A stretch of DNA of 37,806 bases from the NCBI GenBank assembly GCA_036570385.1, contig DATCYI010000010.1, forward strand, positions 1-37,806. Reading direction: 5' to 3'. The position numbers were made by a program, and so were the translations under genes. The stretch's first letter is position 1. Every line of letters begins with the position of its first letter. Positions 16,671 through 24,952 of the stretch are shown one piece after another. The stretch is from Acidimicrobiales bacterium (GTDB taxonomy: Bacteria; Actinomycetota; Acidimicrobiia; Acidimicrobiales; VFJN01). The notes under the pieces are model-generated. The model saw nothing but the letters and a program-made list of their open reading frames with translations. It had not been told where the DNA came from and searched no databases.

Positions 16671-17159
16671 ATGGCAACGCGCGTGCTCATAGTCGCAGAC
16701 TCGGAAGCCCGCTGGGCCCGCGGTCTGCCGTTCCTTCTGTGCGGGTCCGTCTCGGTGACACTAGGCGGGATCGCCGCAGCGATATCGGGACCAATCGAGT
16801 GGGAGCAAGGGTCTTGGGTAGCCGCCTTCCTCGTCCTTGTCACAGGCGTCGGCCAGATCGGACTCGGGATGGGCCAGGCCTTTCTCTCTCGTGAGATACC
16901 CACCCGGGTCACTGTCACGATCGAGTGCACGCTGTGGAATCTCGGATCACTCGCCGTCATGGTGGGAACGATCATCGAGGCACCACTTCTGGTGTCAGTC
17001 GGCGGGCTAACGCTCCTGGTCGCGGTCGCTCTTCTGGCCAACACCGTGCGCGCGACGAACAGCCGGCATACCTGGTTGCGTCGGTCGTACCAAGGACTTG
17101 TGCTTCTGCTGCTCATCAGCACGCCGATCGGGATCGCCCTCTCCTGGATCAGGTCCTAG
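16671..17159 (+). CDS. Hypothetical 4-TM membrane protein
   Basis: 162 aa from ATG 16671 with four clear hydrophobic helices and no recognisable motif. Codon third positions are less GC-rich than in the core genes. Confidence 0.5.
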   Translation: MATRVLIVADSEARWARGLPFLLCGSVSVTLGGIAAAISGPIEWEQGSWVAAFLVLVTGVGQIGLGMGQAFLSREIPTRVTVTIECTLWNLGSLAVMVGTIIEAPLLVSVGGLTLLVAVALLANTVRATNSRHTWLRRSYQGLVLLLLISTPIGIALSWIRS

Positions 17160-17160
17160 A

Positions 17161-17258
17161 GCGGGCGACTACGCGCTCGCCCCAGGCATGCCGCTTTACC
17201 GCCGCGCAATGTCGTCGACCTCGCGCAAGGGAGTACGGGTTCACCGCCCCTCCACCGC
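17161..17258 (-). repeat. Degenerate copy of the 3' end (plus downstream flank) of the adjacent M23 peptidase gene
   Basis: 17161-17258 aligns by eye with 17461-17562 (offset 300 bp). Examples: gcgggcgact/ggcggcgact, gctttaccgcc-gcgcaatgtcgtcgacc / gctttgctgcctgcgcgaggtcgtcgacc, gtacgggttcac in both. It encodes ...GGGAVNPYSLA versus ...GGAAVNPYPLL. Confidence 0.5.
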
Positions 17259-17476
17259 GGCGTTGACGCGCCGGCGGTTGGCGCGGAATCGCAACGTGCC
17301 CTTCCTCCTGGACCTCGACATCGTCGAAGCCGGCCGCGGTCAGATGGTCGGCGAAGGTCCGCAGTCGACGAGCATCTGAGCGAGACCTGCACCAATGGGC
17401 CGTGCGTCCCTGTCGGGCGTGCAAGCGCGACAGACGCGCGGGGGTCGGCCGAGCGACGCCGGCGGCGACTCAGCGC

Positions 17477-18757
17477 TCATCCGCGGGAGCGCTGCTTTGC
17501 TGCCTGCGCGAGGTCGTCGACCACCTTGAGCAAGGGGTACGGGTTCACGGCTGCGCCACCGTCGGGATGGATCTGGAAGTGCACGTGGGGTGGGCCGCCC
17601 TGCGCGTTCCCGCTTGTTCCGACGTAGCCGATGACCGTGCCGGCGTCGACGACGGTGCCATCGACCATGCCCTCAGCGAACGCCTCCATGTGCGCGTAGT
17701 AGTAGTACGTCCCGCTCTCACCCTTGACCCAGATCTTGTTGCCGCCGAGCACATCGGTCCCGGCACGGGTGATGATCCCTCGTTCACAGGCGAGCAATGG
17801 CGTGCCCCTCGGGGCGAGGATGTCCGTCCCCTGGTGCGCGTGCTCGTAGCTCGAGCCCATCATCCGCGGGGCTCCAAACGAGTCGCCGAAGGAGTGGGGG
17901 TCCCCCACTGGGAAGACGAACCCGCGGATGACGATCTCCGAGCCCGCCGCGAACACAGCGAGGTTGAACTGGGCCGACACGCTCGCTCGACGTGCCTCGA
18001 CGAGTGACGACCGGGCAGCTTCGAGCTCGAGACGTGCGTCGACGAGGCGTTCGGCGGTGCGAACGAGAACAGCGTCGACTGCCTCCCTTGCAGCAAGGTA
18101 CTCCTCCACGGATTCCTGATCCGCGTTGAGCACCGACGCGAGAAGCGACTGTGCGACGGCCACCTCGTTCGGGTCATCCGTGCTGATCAGCGCGACGAGG
18201 TCGTCGACACGGCCGCGCACGGTGGCAAGCGCGGCACGAGCCTCGAAGCTGCGGCGGGCGGCCTCTACCCTGCGCACGGCGGTGCGGTCATCCGCTGCCA
18301 GCCTCGTGATCGACACCTCGAGGAGGTCGAGCTCGCTCTCGAGAGCCACGACTCGCTCCTTTGAGCTCTGATACGCGGTCTTGAGCTCCACCGCTTCTGC
18401 CTCCGCTACCCGCAGCTGTCGGCGGATGACCTGCGCGGCATCGGCGGCATACACGCCCGGTTCGGCCGGCCGAGGGGGCACCGTCTCCGGAACGACCGGC
18501 ACCGGCTCGGCCGGCAGCTCCTCGTTGCCGCCCGGGTCCTCCGGTGGCGGCGGAGCTTCGGTCGTTGTCGTGGTGCTTGTCGTTGTCGTGGGGCTTGTCG
18601 TCGGCGCCGGCAACACGGTCAGCGGCGGCGCTGACGACGTGGTGGTGGCTGAGGTGGCCCCGGGCTCCTGCGCTACGGCCGGAGCTAGCGAACCAGTGGC
18701 TCCGGTCAGAAGGGCGGACGCCAGGGCCCACGCGCCGTCGCGACGGGAACGGGTCAT
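17477..18757 (-). CDS. Secreted M23 (LytM-type) metallopeptidase with a long N-terminal coiled-coil region
   Basis: Signal peptide from ATG 18757 (MTRSRRDGAWALASALLTGATGSLAPAVA), then a Thr/Pro-rich linker and a heptad-like region. The M23 motifs are HQGTDI and GPPHVHFQIH. Confidence 0.85.
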   Translation of the reverse strand: MTRSRRDGAWALASALLTGATGSLAPAVAQEPGATSATTTSSAPPLTVLPAPTTSPTTTTSTTTTTEAPPPPEDPGGNEELPAEPVPVVPETVPPRPAEPGVYAADAAQVIRRQLRVAEAEAVELKTAYQSSKERVVALESELDLLEVSITRLAADDRTAVRRVEAARRSFEARAALATVRGRVDDLVALISTDDPNEVAVAQSLLASVLNADQESVEEYLAAREAVDAVLVRTAERLVDARLELEAARSSLVEARRASVSAQFNLAVFAAGSEIVIRGFVFPVGDPHSFGDSFGAPRMMGSSYEHAHQGTDILAPRGTPLLACERGIITRAGTDVLGGNKIWVKGESGTYYYYAHMEAFAEGMVDGTVVDAGTVIGYVGTSGNAQGGPPHVHFQIHPDGGAAVNPYPLLKVVDDLAQAAKQRSRG

Positions 18758-19031
18758 GTTTGACGCGGGGTGACTTTGACCCGAAGCCGACACATCCGGA
18801 CGAGCCTAGGAGTGTGGCCCCGATCGAACGCATCACGCGTGCGGCGCCCGCCCTCCGGGCCGAGCCTTCGGGCGCTGGCGAGGACGAGGGTAGGGCGGGC
18901 ATTTTGACGACAGGGACACGGCTGACCTGGTGGCGCGGTGGCGCGGTGGTCTCTTCGGACGCTATGGGACGCTGACTGACCTGCTCGACAGCTGACGAGC
19001 CTGCGCTCCTAGATCCGCTTCCTCGCACGGC

Positions 19032-19047
19032 ATCGGCAGATGCCGAT
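19032..19047. promoter_or_regulatory. Perfect palindrome ATCGGCA-GA-TGCCGAT just upstream of the second CmtR-like gene
   Basis: atcggcagatgccgat ends 11 nt before ATG 19059, and a further atcgg copy follows at 19051. Confidence 0.45.
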
Positions 19048-19058
19048 AACATCGGTGG

Positions 19059-19409
19059 ATGACCACAATCTCGGCTGCGCCAGCGGCGCTCGCTGCGCGC
19101 ATGTTCCGCGGGTTCGCCGATCCGACGCGCGTGGCGATCCTGCTCGAGCTGCTGCCTGGTGAGCGGCGCGTGAGCGATCTTGTGGACGCGGTGGGCAGTT
19201 CGCAGTCGAACGTCTCCGGTCATCTTGCGTGCCTCAAGGGCTGTGGGCTGGTGGTGGACCGGCCTGGCGAGCGCAGGCAGGTCTTCTACCGGTTGGCTGG
19301 AGTGGAGGTCGCTGATCTGCTGCGGTCTGCCGAACGCTTGCTGTCCATCAACGGCGACGCCATCGACCTGTGCGGCAACCCGCTGATGGAGAGGGATCGT
19401 GATGGCTGA
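19059..19409 (+). CDS. ArsR/SmtB-family regulator, CmtR-like (paralogue of 15407..15757)
   Basis: FADPTRVAILLELLPGERRVSDLVDAVGSSQSNVSGHLACLKGCGLV...IDLCGNP. The 3' end overlaps the ATPase start. Confidence 0.85.
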   Translation: MTTISAAPAALAARMFRGFADPTRVAILLELLPGERRVSDLVDAVGSSQSNVSGHLACLKGCGLVVDRPGERRQVFYRLAGVEVADLLRSAERLLSINGDAIDLCGNPLMERDRDG

Positions 19410-21363
19410 CGCCTGCTGCGGACCTGACGACGACCGTAACGACGGAGGCACCGAAGCGGAACCCCAGCGGTTCACCGACATTCGAGAGGTTCGAGCGGCT
19501 GCCCTTGCCGGCCTCGTTCTAGGCGCCGGTTTCGCGGCGAGTGCCGCCGATGCCGATGGAGCGGCAGTCGTGCTCTTCGTCGCAGCGTTGGTCGTCGGGG
19601 GCTCGACGTTCGTCCCAGAGACCATGCGGGCCTTGCTGCGCGGCCGTGTCGGCGTCGGGACTCTGATGACGATCGCGGCGATCGGCGCGATCGCGCTCGG
19701 CGAATACGGCGAGGCAGCGTCGCTGGCGTTCCTGTTCTCGATCTCCGAGGCGCTCGAGGGCTACGCGCTGGCACGAACGCGGCGCGGCCTGCGCGCGCTG
19801 CTCGCGCTGGTTCCCGAGCGGGTCACGGTTCGTCGCGGGAGCGGCGAGGGCGACATCGCGCCCGAGGACCTCGAGGTGGGCGACGTGATGGTCGTCGGTC
19901 CCGGCGACCGGCTCGCCACCGATGGCGTCATCCGGCAAGGGCGATCGACCCTCGATCTGGCTGCGATCACGGGTGAGTCCGTGCCTGTCGAGGTCGGCGC
20001 GGGCGCTGAGGTCTTCGCTGCGTCGATCAATGGCGGCGGCGTCCTCGACGTGGAGGTGACGGCGCGCACCACAGACAGCTCGCTGGCGCGCGTCGTGCAC
20101 ATCGTCGAGGAGGCGCAGGAGCGCAAGGGCTCCAGTCAACGGCTGGCCGAGCGCGTGGCACGGCCGCTCGTTCCCGGGATCATGGTCGTGGCTGCGGCAG
20201 TCGCCATCCTGGGATCGCTCTTCGGGGACCCCGGGCTGTGGATCGGTCGGGCGCTCGTCGTCTTGGTTGCGGCGGCGCCCTGTGCTTTTGCCATCGCCGT
20301 CCCGGTCACGGTCGTGGCGGCGATCGGCACCGCCGCTCGCATGGGCATCCTCATCAAGGGCGGTGCCGCCCTCGAGGCGCTCGCGGGCGTGCAGATCGTG
20401 GCTCTGGACAAGACCGGCACCCTCACCCAGAACCGCCCGACAGTCGTCGAAGTCATCGCAGCCGACGGCGTCGAGCGCGACGCCGTGCTGCCGATCGCGG
20501 CCGCCCTCGAGGCGCGCAGCGAGCACCCCCTGGCTGCCGCCATCCTCGCCGCAGCGCCAGCCGTGGCTGAAGCCAGCGATGTGCAGGCGGTGACCGGGCG
20601 GGGCATCGCCGGGTTCGTCGACGGGTCCGCCGCCCGTCTCGGGAAGCCCGGGTTCATCGCCGCCGACGAGCTGGACCTCACCGTGGAGCACCTGCAGCGC
20701 GAAGGCTGCACCGTGGTCCTCGTCGAGCACGACGGCCGCCTGCTCGGAGCGGTCGCTGTCCGTGACGAGCTGCGACCCGAAGCCGCCGACGTGGTCAATC
20801 GATTGCGCGCGCTGGGGATCACCCACGTTGCGATGCTCACCGGCGACAACCGCCGCACCGCTGAAGCCCTGGGCCAGGCCGCCGGGATCGACGAGATCAG
20901 CGCCGAGCTGCTCCCAGAGGACAAGGTCGCTGCCATTGAACGGCTGCGAGCACGAGGAGCCACCGCCATGGTGGGCGACGGCGTCAACGATGCGCCGGCG
21001 CTGGCCACTGCTGAGGTCGGCATCGCCATGGGTGCCATGGGCAGTGACGTGGCCATCGAAGCCGCAGATGTGGCCCTCATGGGTGAGGACCTCACCCATC
21101 TGCCCGAGGCCCTCGCCCACGCCAAGCGAGCCGGGAGGATCATGCGCCAGAACCTCGCCTTGTCTGGTCTCATCCTGATCGTGCTCATCCCCCTTGCGGC
21201 AGCCGGAACGCTCGGTCTCGCCACCGTCGTCGCCACCCACGAGCTGGCAGAGGTCCTCGTCATCGCCAACGGCGTGCGTGCCGGCCGCCGCCCCGCGGCC
21301 GCGCGGACCGCGGCTCCCGCTACGGTCCGCCGACCCGGTGATCTGGCCTCCGCCCCTCGCTGA
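19402..21363 (+). CDS. Heavy-metal-translocating P1B-type ATPase without an HMA domain
   Basis: Motifs seen: TGES, DKTGTLT, MLTGDN, GDGVNDAPAL. The transmembrane metal motif reads AAPCAF (APC rather than CPC). The N-terminus MADACCGPDDD carries a Cys pair. ATG at 19402 follows GAGAGGGA (the track start is GTG 19399). Confidence 0.93.
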   Translation: MADACCGPDDDRNDGGTEAEPQRFTDIREVRAAALAGLVLGAGFAASAADADGAAVVLFVAALVVGGSTFVPETMRALLRGRVGVGTLMTIAAIGAIALGEYGEAASLAFLFSISEALEGYALARTRRGLRALLALVPERVTVRRGSGEGDIAPEDLEVGDVMVVGPGDRLATDGVIRQGRSTLDLAAITGESVPVEVGAGAEVFAASINGGGVLDVEVTARTTDSSLARVVHIVEEAQERKGSSQRLAERVARPLVPGIMVVAAAVAILGSLFGDPGLWIGRALVVLVAAAPCAFAIAVPVTVVAAIGTAARMGILIKGGAALEALAGVQIVALDKTGTLTQNRPTVVEVIAADGVERDAVLPIAAALEARSEHPLAAAILAAAPAVAEASDVQAVTGRGIAGFVDGSAARLGKPGFIAADELDLTVEHLQREGCTVVLVEHDGRLLGAVAVRDELRPEAADVVNRLRALGITHVAMLTGDNRRTAEALGQAAGIDEISAELLPEDKVAAIERLRARGATAMVGDGVNDAPALATAEVGIAMGAMGSDVAIEAADVALMGEDLTHLPEALAHAKRAGRIMRQNLALSGLILIVLIPLAAAGTLGLATVVATHELAEVLVIANGVRAGRRPAAARTAAPATVRRPGDLASAPR

Positions 21364-21387
21364 CCGAATCCCCCCGGAAGGAACGCT

Positions 21388-22032
21388 GTGAGCAAGAACG
21401 TCAAGATCTCCCTCGTCATGGTCCTCGCTGCTGCCGCCGCGCTGCTCGTCGCCGCCAACGTCGCCGGCGACGACTCTCCTACGGCTTCGACCGGCGATGA
21501 GCGCTCGGATCGCCTCGTGCGCCCCGACAGCCAGCGCCTCTCTGAGGCCTCCGATGGCAAGGTGACCTTCGTGGAGTTCCTCGACTTCGAGTGCGAGGCG
21601 TGCGGCGCCGCCTACCCGGCAATCGAGGAGCTCCGCGACCAGTACGGCGACGAGATCACCTTCGTCGTGCGCCACTTCCCGCTGCACGGCAACTCTGAGG
21701 AAGCCGCGAAGGCGGCCGAAGCGGCAGCCGAGCAAGGCAAGTTCGAGGAGATGTACGACCTGCTCTTCCAGAACCAGGCCCAGTGGAGCCACAGCGAAGA
21801 GTCGAAGAAGGACGTGTTCTTCGACTACGCCGAGCAGCTCGGGCTCGACATGGACGAGTTCCGCACCACCTACGACGACCCGGCGACCCTCGAGAAGATC
21901 CGTCGGGACAAGGAGGACGGGCAGGCGGTGGGCGTGACCGGGACGCCGACGTTCTTCCTCAACGGCGACAAGGTCGAGGTCTCGAGCTTCGCCGAGCTGC
22001 TCGCGCAGATCGACGATGCGCTCGCGAGCTGA
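21388..22032 (+). CDS. DsbA-family thiol:disulfide oxidoreductase, membrane-anchored or secreted
   Basis: GTG start 5 nt after GGAAGGA. N-terminal hydrophobic segment, FECEACG (CxxC) and a GTPTFFLNG cis-Pro loop region. It starts 24 nt after the ATPase stop. Confidence 0.85.
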   Translation: MSKNVKISLVMVLAAAAALLVAANVAGDDSPTASTGDERSDRLVRPDSQRLSEASDGKVTFVEFLDFECEACGAAYPAIEELRDQYGDEITFVVRHFPLHGNSEEAAKAAEAAAEQGKFEEMYDLLFQNQAQWSHSEESKKDVFFDYAEQLGLDMDEFRTTYDDPATLEKIRRDKEDGQAVGVTGTPTFFLNGDKVEVSSFAELLAQIDDALAS

Positions 22033-22690
22033 CCGGGCCGAGGCTCAGGTCGGCTCGCCGTCACCCGAGCCCGCCAGGATCGAGGCCGCCGGCACCCTCC
22101 ATGGTGCGTCACGGCGGGTCGCCTGGCTCCTCGTGGTGGGGGGACTCGTGGGCTTCGCGGCGGCGGTCACGCTGCTCATCGAGAAGATCGCGCTTCTCGA
22201 AGATCCCACCTACGTGCCCAGCTGCAGCATCAATCCCATCCTGAGCTGCGGCTCGGTCATGAGCACCGAGCAGGCCGAGGTCTTCGGCTTCCCCAACCCG
22301 ATCATCGGGGTCGCGGGCTTCGCCATCGTCACCACCGTCGGCGTGGCGCTCGTCGCGGGGGCGCGGCTCCAGCGTTGGTTCTGGTGGGGGCTCCAGGCCG
22401 GCACGACGTTCGGGGTCGTGTTCATCCATTGGCTGATGTTCCAGAGCCTCTACCGCATCGACGCCCTCTGTCCGTACTGCATGGTCGTGTGGGCCGTGAC
22501 CATCCCGCTGTTCTGGTACACGACGCTGCACAACGCGACGGCGGAACATCTCCGTGTCACGCCGCGCATGCGGCCGATCGTCGCCCGTGCGGCCGCGTAC
22601 CACGGCGTCGTCATCACCGGCTGGTTCCTCGTCATCGCCGCGCTCATCACGCAGCGATTCTGGGACTACTGGTCCACGCTTCTGACCTGA
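22016..22690 (+). CDS. Vitamin K epoxide reductase (VKOR) family protein
   Basis: Loop cysteines in PSCSINPILSCGSV, an active-site CPYC in TM4, and 4-5 TM segments. The start is uncertain; the track ATG 22016 overlaps the dsbA-like 3' end by 17 nt. Confidence 0.85.
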   Translation: MRSRADRAEAQVGSPSPEPARIEAAGTLHGASRRVAWLLVVGGLVGFAAAVTLLIEKIALLEDPTYVPSCSINPILSCGSVMSTEQAEVFGFPNPIIGVAGFAIVTTVGVALVAGARLQRWFWWGLQAGTTFGVVFIHWLMFQSLYRIDALCPYCMVVWAVTIPLFWYTTLHNATAEHLRVTPRMRPIVARAAAYHGVVITGWFLVIAALITQRFWDYWSTLLT

Positions 22691-22696
22691 CCGAGC

Positions 22697-23617
22697 TCAC
22701 CACGCCAGCTCGTCGCAGCCGCGGTGGTCGGCGGGCTCGACCTGCAGCGTCGCATGGGCGATGCGGTATCGGTCCTGCAGCACCTCGCGGGCCTGGTCGA
22801 GAACGCCGTGGGTGTCGGCTCCTTCGCCTACCACCAGGTGAGCCGAGGCGTTCTCCATCTCCGAGGTGAGCGTCCAGACGTGCAGGTCGTGCACGTCGAC
22901 CACTCCGGGAAGGTTCACGAGATCGGCCCGGATGGCGCCGAGGTCCGTGCCGGGTGGAGCCGCTTGCAGAAGGATCCGCACGGCCTGTCCGCCGAGACGC
23001 CACGTTCGGGGCAGGATCCACAGCCCGATGCCAGCGCCGACCACCGGATCGATCCAGGCCCACCCGAAGACCTCGAGGAGGATGGCTGCGATGATGACGC
23101 CGACCGAACCGAGCGTGTCCGCCAGGACTTCGAGGTAGGCGCCCTCGACGTTGAGGCTCTCCTTTGCGCCCTGCCTGAGCATGGCGAAGGCGACGAGGTT
23201 CACGATGAGGCCGAGCACCGCCACGACGAGCATCGGCAGGCCGAGCACCTCGGGGTCGCCGCGCAGGCGGTTGACCGCTTCGACGAGCACGTAGATGGCG
23301 ACGCCGAAGAGCAGCAGAGCGTTGACGAACGCCGCCAGGATCTCGAGGCGATACATGCCGAAGGTGTGCTGACCGGCGTCTTCGCGGCGAGCGTGCCGGT
23401 TCGCGAGCTGGATCGCAGCGAGGGCCATGCCGAGCCCGATCACGTCGGTCAGCATGTGGCCGGCATCGGACAGCAGGGCCAGTGAGTTGGTCAGCACCCC
23501 GCCGACCGCCTCGACCACGAAGAAGGTCCCGATCAGCCCGAAGGCGACGGCCAGGCGCTTCTGGTGCCGGGCACCGGCGCGCATCGCACCGGCCCCGTGG
23601 TTGTGATCGCCGCTCAT
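22697..23617 (-). CDS. Cation diffusion facilitator (CzcD/ZitB-type) divalent-metal efflux transporter
   Basis: 306 aa. His-rich N-terminus (MSGDHNHGAG), LLSDAGHMLTD (TM2 site), EVLADTLGS (TM5), and a full C-terminal cytoplasmic domain (VHDLHVWTLTS). Confidence 0.92.
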   Translation of the reverse strand: MSGDHNHGAGAMRAGARHQKRLAVAFGLIGTFFVVEAVGGVLTNSLALLSDAGHMLTDVIGLGMALAAIQLANRHARREDAGQHTFGMYRLEILAAFVNALLLFGVAIYVLVEAVNRLRGDPEVLGLPMLVVAVLGLIVNLVAFAMLRQGAKESLNVEGAYLEVLADTLGSVGVIIAAILLEVFGWAWIDPVVGAGIGLWILPRTWRLGGQAVRILLQAAPPGTDLGAIRADLVNLPGVVDVHDLHVWTLTSEMENASAHLVVGEGADTHGVLDQAREVLQDRYRIAHATLQVEPADHRGCDELAW

Positions 23618-24228
23618 CGCCTTGATCCCTCGCTGCCGACGCTCGGGATGAAGCGTCCGGCCTGGGCCGCATAGGAGTCGTACGTGCGGCCGTGGGTCCG
23701 GCGAAGGTAGGGCTCCTCCACGAAGCGGACCTGCAGCTCGAGGCCCACCAGGAGCGCGACCAGTGCTGCGAGGGCCCAGAGGTTGGCGAGCAGCAGCGCG
23801 AACCCGGCTGCGGCCAGTGCCATTGCCGAGAAGATCGGGTTCCGCACGCTGGCGAAAACGCCGGAGGTGACCAGCTGCGTCGTTTCGGCCTGGTCGACCC
23901 CGATGCGCCAGGAGTCACCCATGGTCAGCTGCGCGGCTACGCACAGCACGATCCCAGCGACCGCAAGCAGCGCGCCCACCGTGAACCCCGCCGCGTTGTC
24001 CAACGGGGGCCATGGGTCCAAACCGCTAGCCGCCGCTATCGGTGCGACCACCAGGAGCACGATCGCCAGCACGAACAACCCGGCACCGAGCCGCTCCACC
24101 GGCGGCGCGCCACGGCGGGGCAGTACCAGCCCGGTGGAGCCCGTCCGGCGCCACTGGACCCAGGTCCGCACGCCGAACGCCAGCACCGCGAACACGACCT
24201 CGAGCACGATCGCCGTCGTCGTTCTCAT
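23614..24228 (-). CDS. Isoprenylcysteine carboxyl methyltransferase (ICMT/PEMT-like) family membrane protein
   Basis: 204 aa, multi-TM. The C-terminal signature is LVTSGVFASVRNPIFSAMAL...ELQVRFVEEPYLRRTHGRTYDSY. It overlaps both neighbours by 4 bp. Confidence 0.8.
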   Translation of the reverse strand: MRTTTAIVLEVVFAVLAFGVRTWVQWRRTGSTGLVLPRRGAPPVERLGAGLFVLAIVLLVVAPIAAASGLDPWPPLDNAAGFTVGALLAVAGIVLCVAAQLTMGDSWRIGVDQAETTQLVTSGVFASVRNPIFSAMALAAAGFALLLANLWALAALVALLVGLELQVRFVEEPYLRRTHGRTYDSYAAQAGRFIPSVGSEGSRR

Positions 24229-24632
24229 CGCGGGTCTCTCTCAGCGTGACGCAGGTGCTCCAGCGACAGATCGAGCAGGAGCCGTACGTGGGAGTCGTCG
24301 AGTGAGTAGTAGATGATCCTTCCGTCCCGGCGGTTGCGCACGATGCCGGCCGTTCGCAGCAACCGCAGGGCATGCGACACCGACGACTCCGGCACCCCGA
24401 TCGTCTCGGCGAGATCGCACACGCACAGCTCCCCCGCCTCGAGCAAGGCGTAGAGCAACCGAGCGCGGGTGGGGTCACCCAGCAGCTTGAACTGCTCCGC
24501 CAGGCGTCTCGCCTCATCGCGGTCGACGAGGCGTTCACGCACGGAGGTGACGCGCTCCGGATCGACCAACCGCGTGGGGCAAGCGTCCAGCCCGACCACC
24601 GCATCCGACTCAGGTTCAATCGACATCCGCAT
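24225..24632 (-). CDS. ArsR/SmtB-family metalloregulator with both an alpha3 (CVC) and an alpha5-like (D/H) site
   Basis: LGDPTRARLLYALLEAGELCVCDLAETIGVPESSVSHALRLLRTAGIV...LDDSHVRLLLDLSLEHLRH. The true start is probably ATG 24626 (MSIEPES), which would place the AT-rich dyad upstream. Confidence 0.88.
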   Translation of the reverse strand: MRMSIEPESDAVVGLDACPTRLVDPERVTSVRERLVDRDEARRLAEQFKLLGDPTRARLLYALLEAGELCVCDLAETIGVPESSVSHALRLLRTAGIVRNRRDGRIIYYSLDDSHVRLLLDLSLEHLRHAERDPR

Positions 24633-24651
24633 AGATATTCAGATATACGGA
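24626..24651. promoter_or_regulatory. AT-rich imperfect inverted repeat TCCGCATA-N10-TATACGGA at the 5' end of the ArsR/SmtB gene
   Basis: tccgcatagatattcagatatacgga is conspicuously AT-rich in a high-GC context. It lies in the divergent region between the arsR-type gene and the NirK-like gene. Confidence 0.4.
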
Positions 24652-24952
24652 CGAAGTGCGATCTGTCAAGGCGCTCGGCCTGCGGCCATCAGGCCGATGG
24701 GAATGTCTCCGCAGCCGCCGGCCCGACCTCGACCAGCTCTAGCCGAAGGGTCCCGTGGCATCCGAACCACCGGCGAACGTCGAGACGGGACTGCCGAACG
24801 CCTCCCCCTGGAGGGGACCTTGGACCCTTCTGCCGCGTGACGTCTGCTGCTTGCCTTGGGGACGGAGCCACAAGGACCGCATCGAGGCGGCGACCGGCGG
24901 CCCAGCGCCCCCAGCGCGTCTTCCCCCCCCGAACCCGAAGAGGTCGTGATCC

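Noticed and set aside
17259-17424. Reading ...LRTFADHLTAAGFDDVEVQEEGH... as the C-terminus of a SAM-dependent methyltransferase.
   Set aside because: The resemblance covers only about 20 residues. The same stretch can equally be a diverged continuation of the M23 peptidase duplicate. It is left as an unassigned remnant.
24923-24930. C8 homopolymer 22 nt upstream of the NirK-like start; considered as a slippage or phase-variation tract.
   Set aside because: It is non-coding and short for a contingency tract, and such tracts are common in high-GC DNA. There is no population data to show length variation.
24652-24952. A 300-nt untranslated stretch upstream of the NirK-like gene, examined for a riboswitch, small ORF or gene remnant.
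   Set aside because: I saw only short weak hairpins (for example TCCCC-ctgga-GGGGA) and junk ORFs, and no recognisable structured-RNA signature by eye. A covariance-model scan would be needed.
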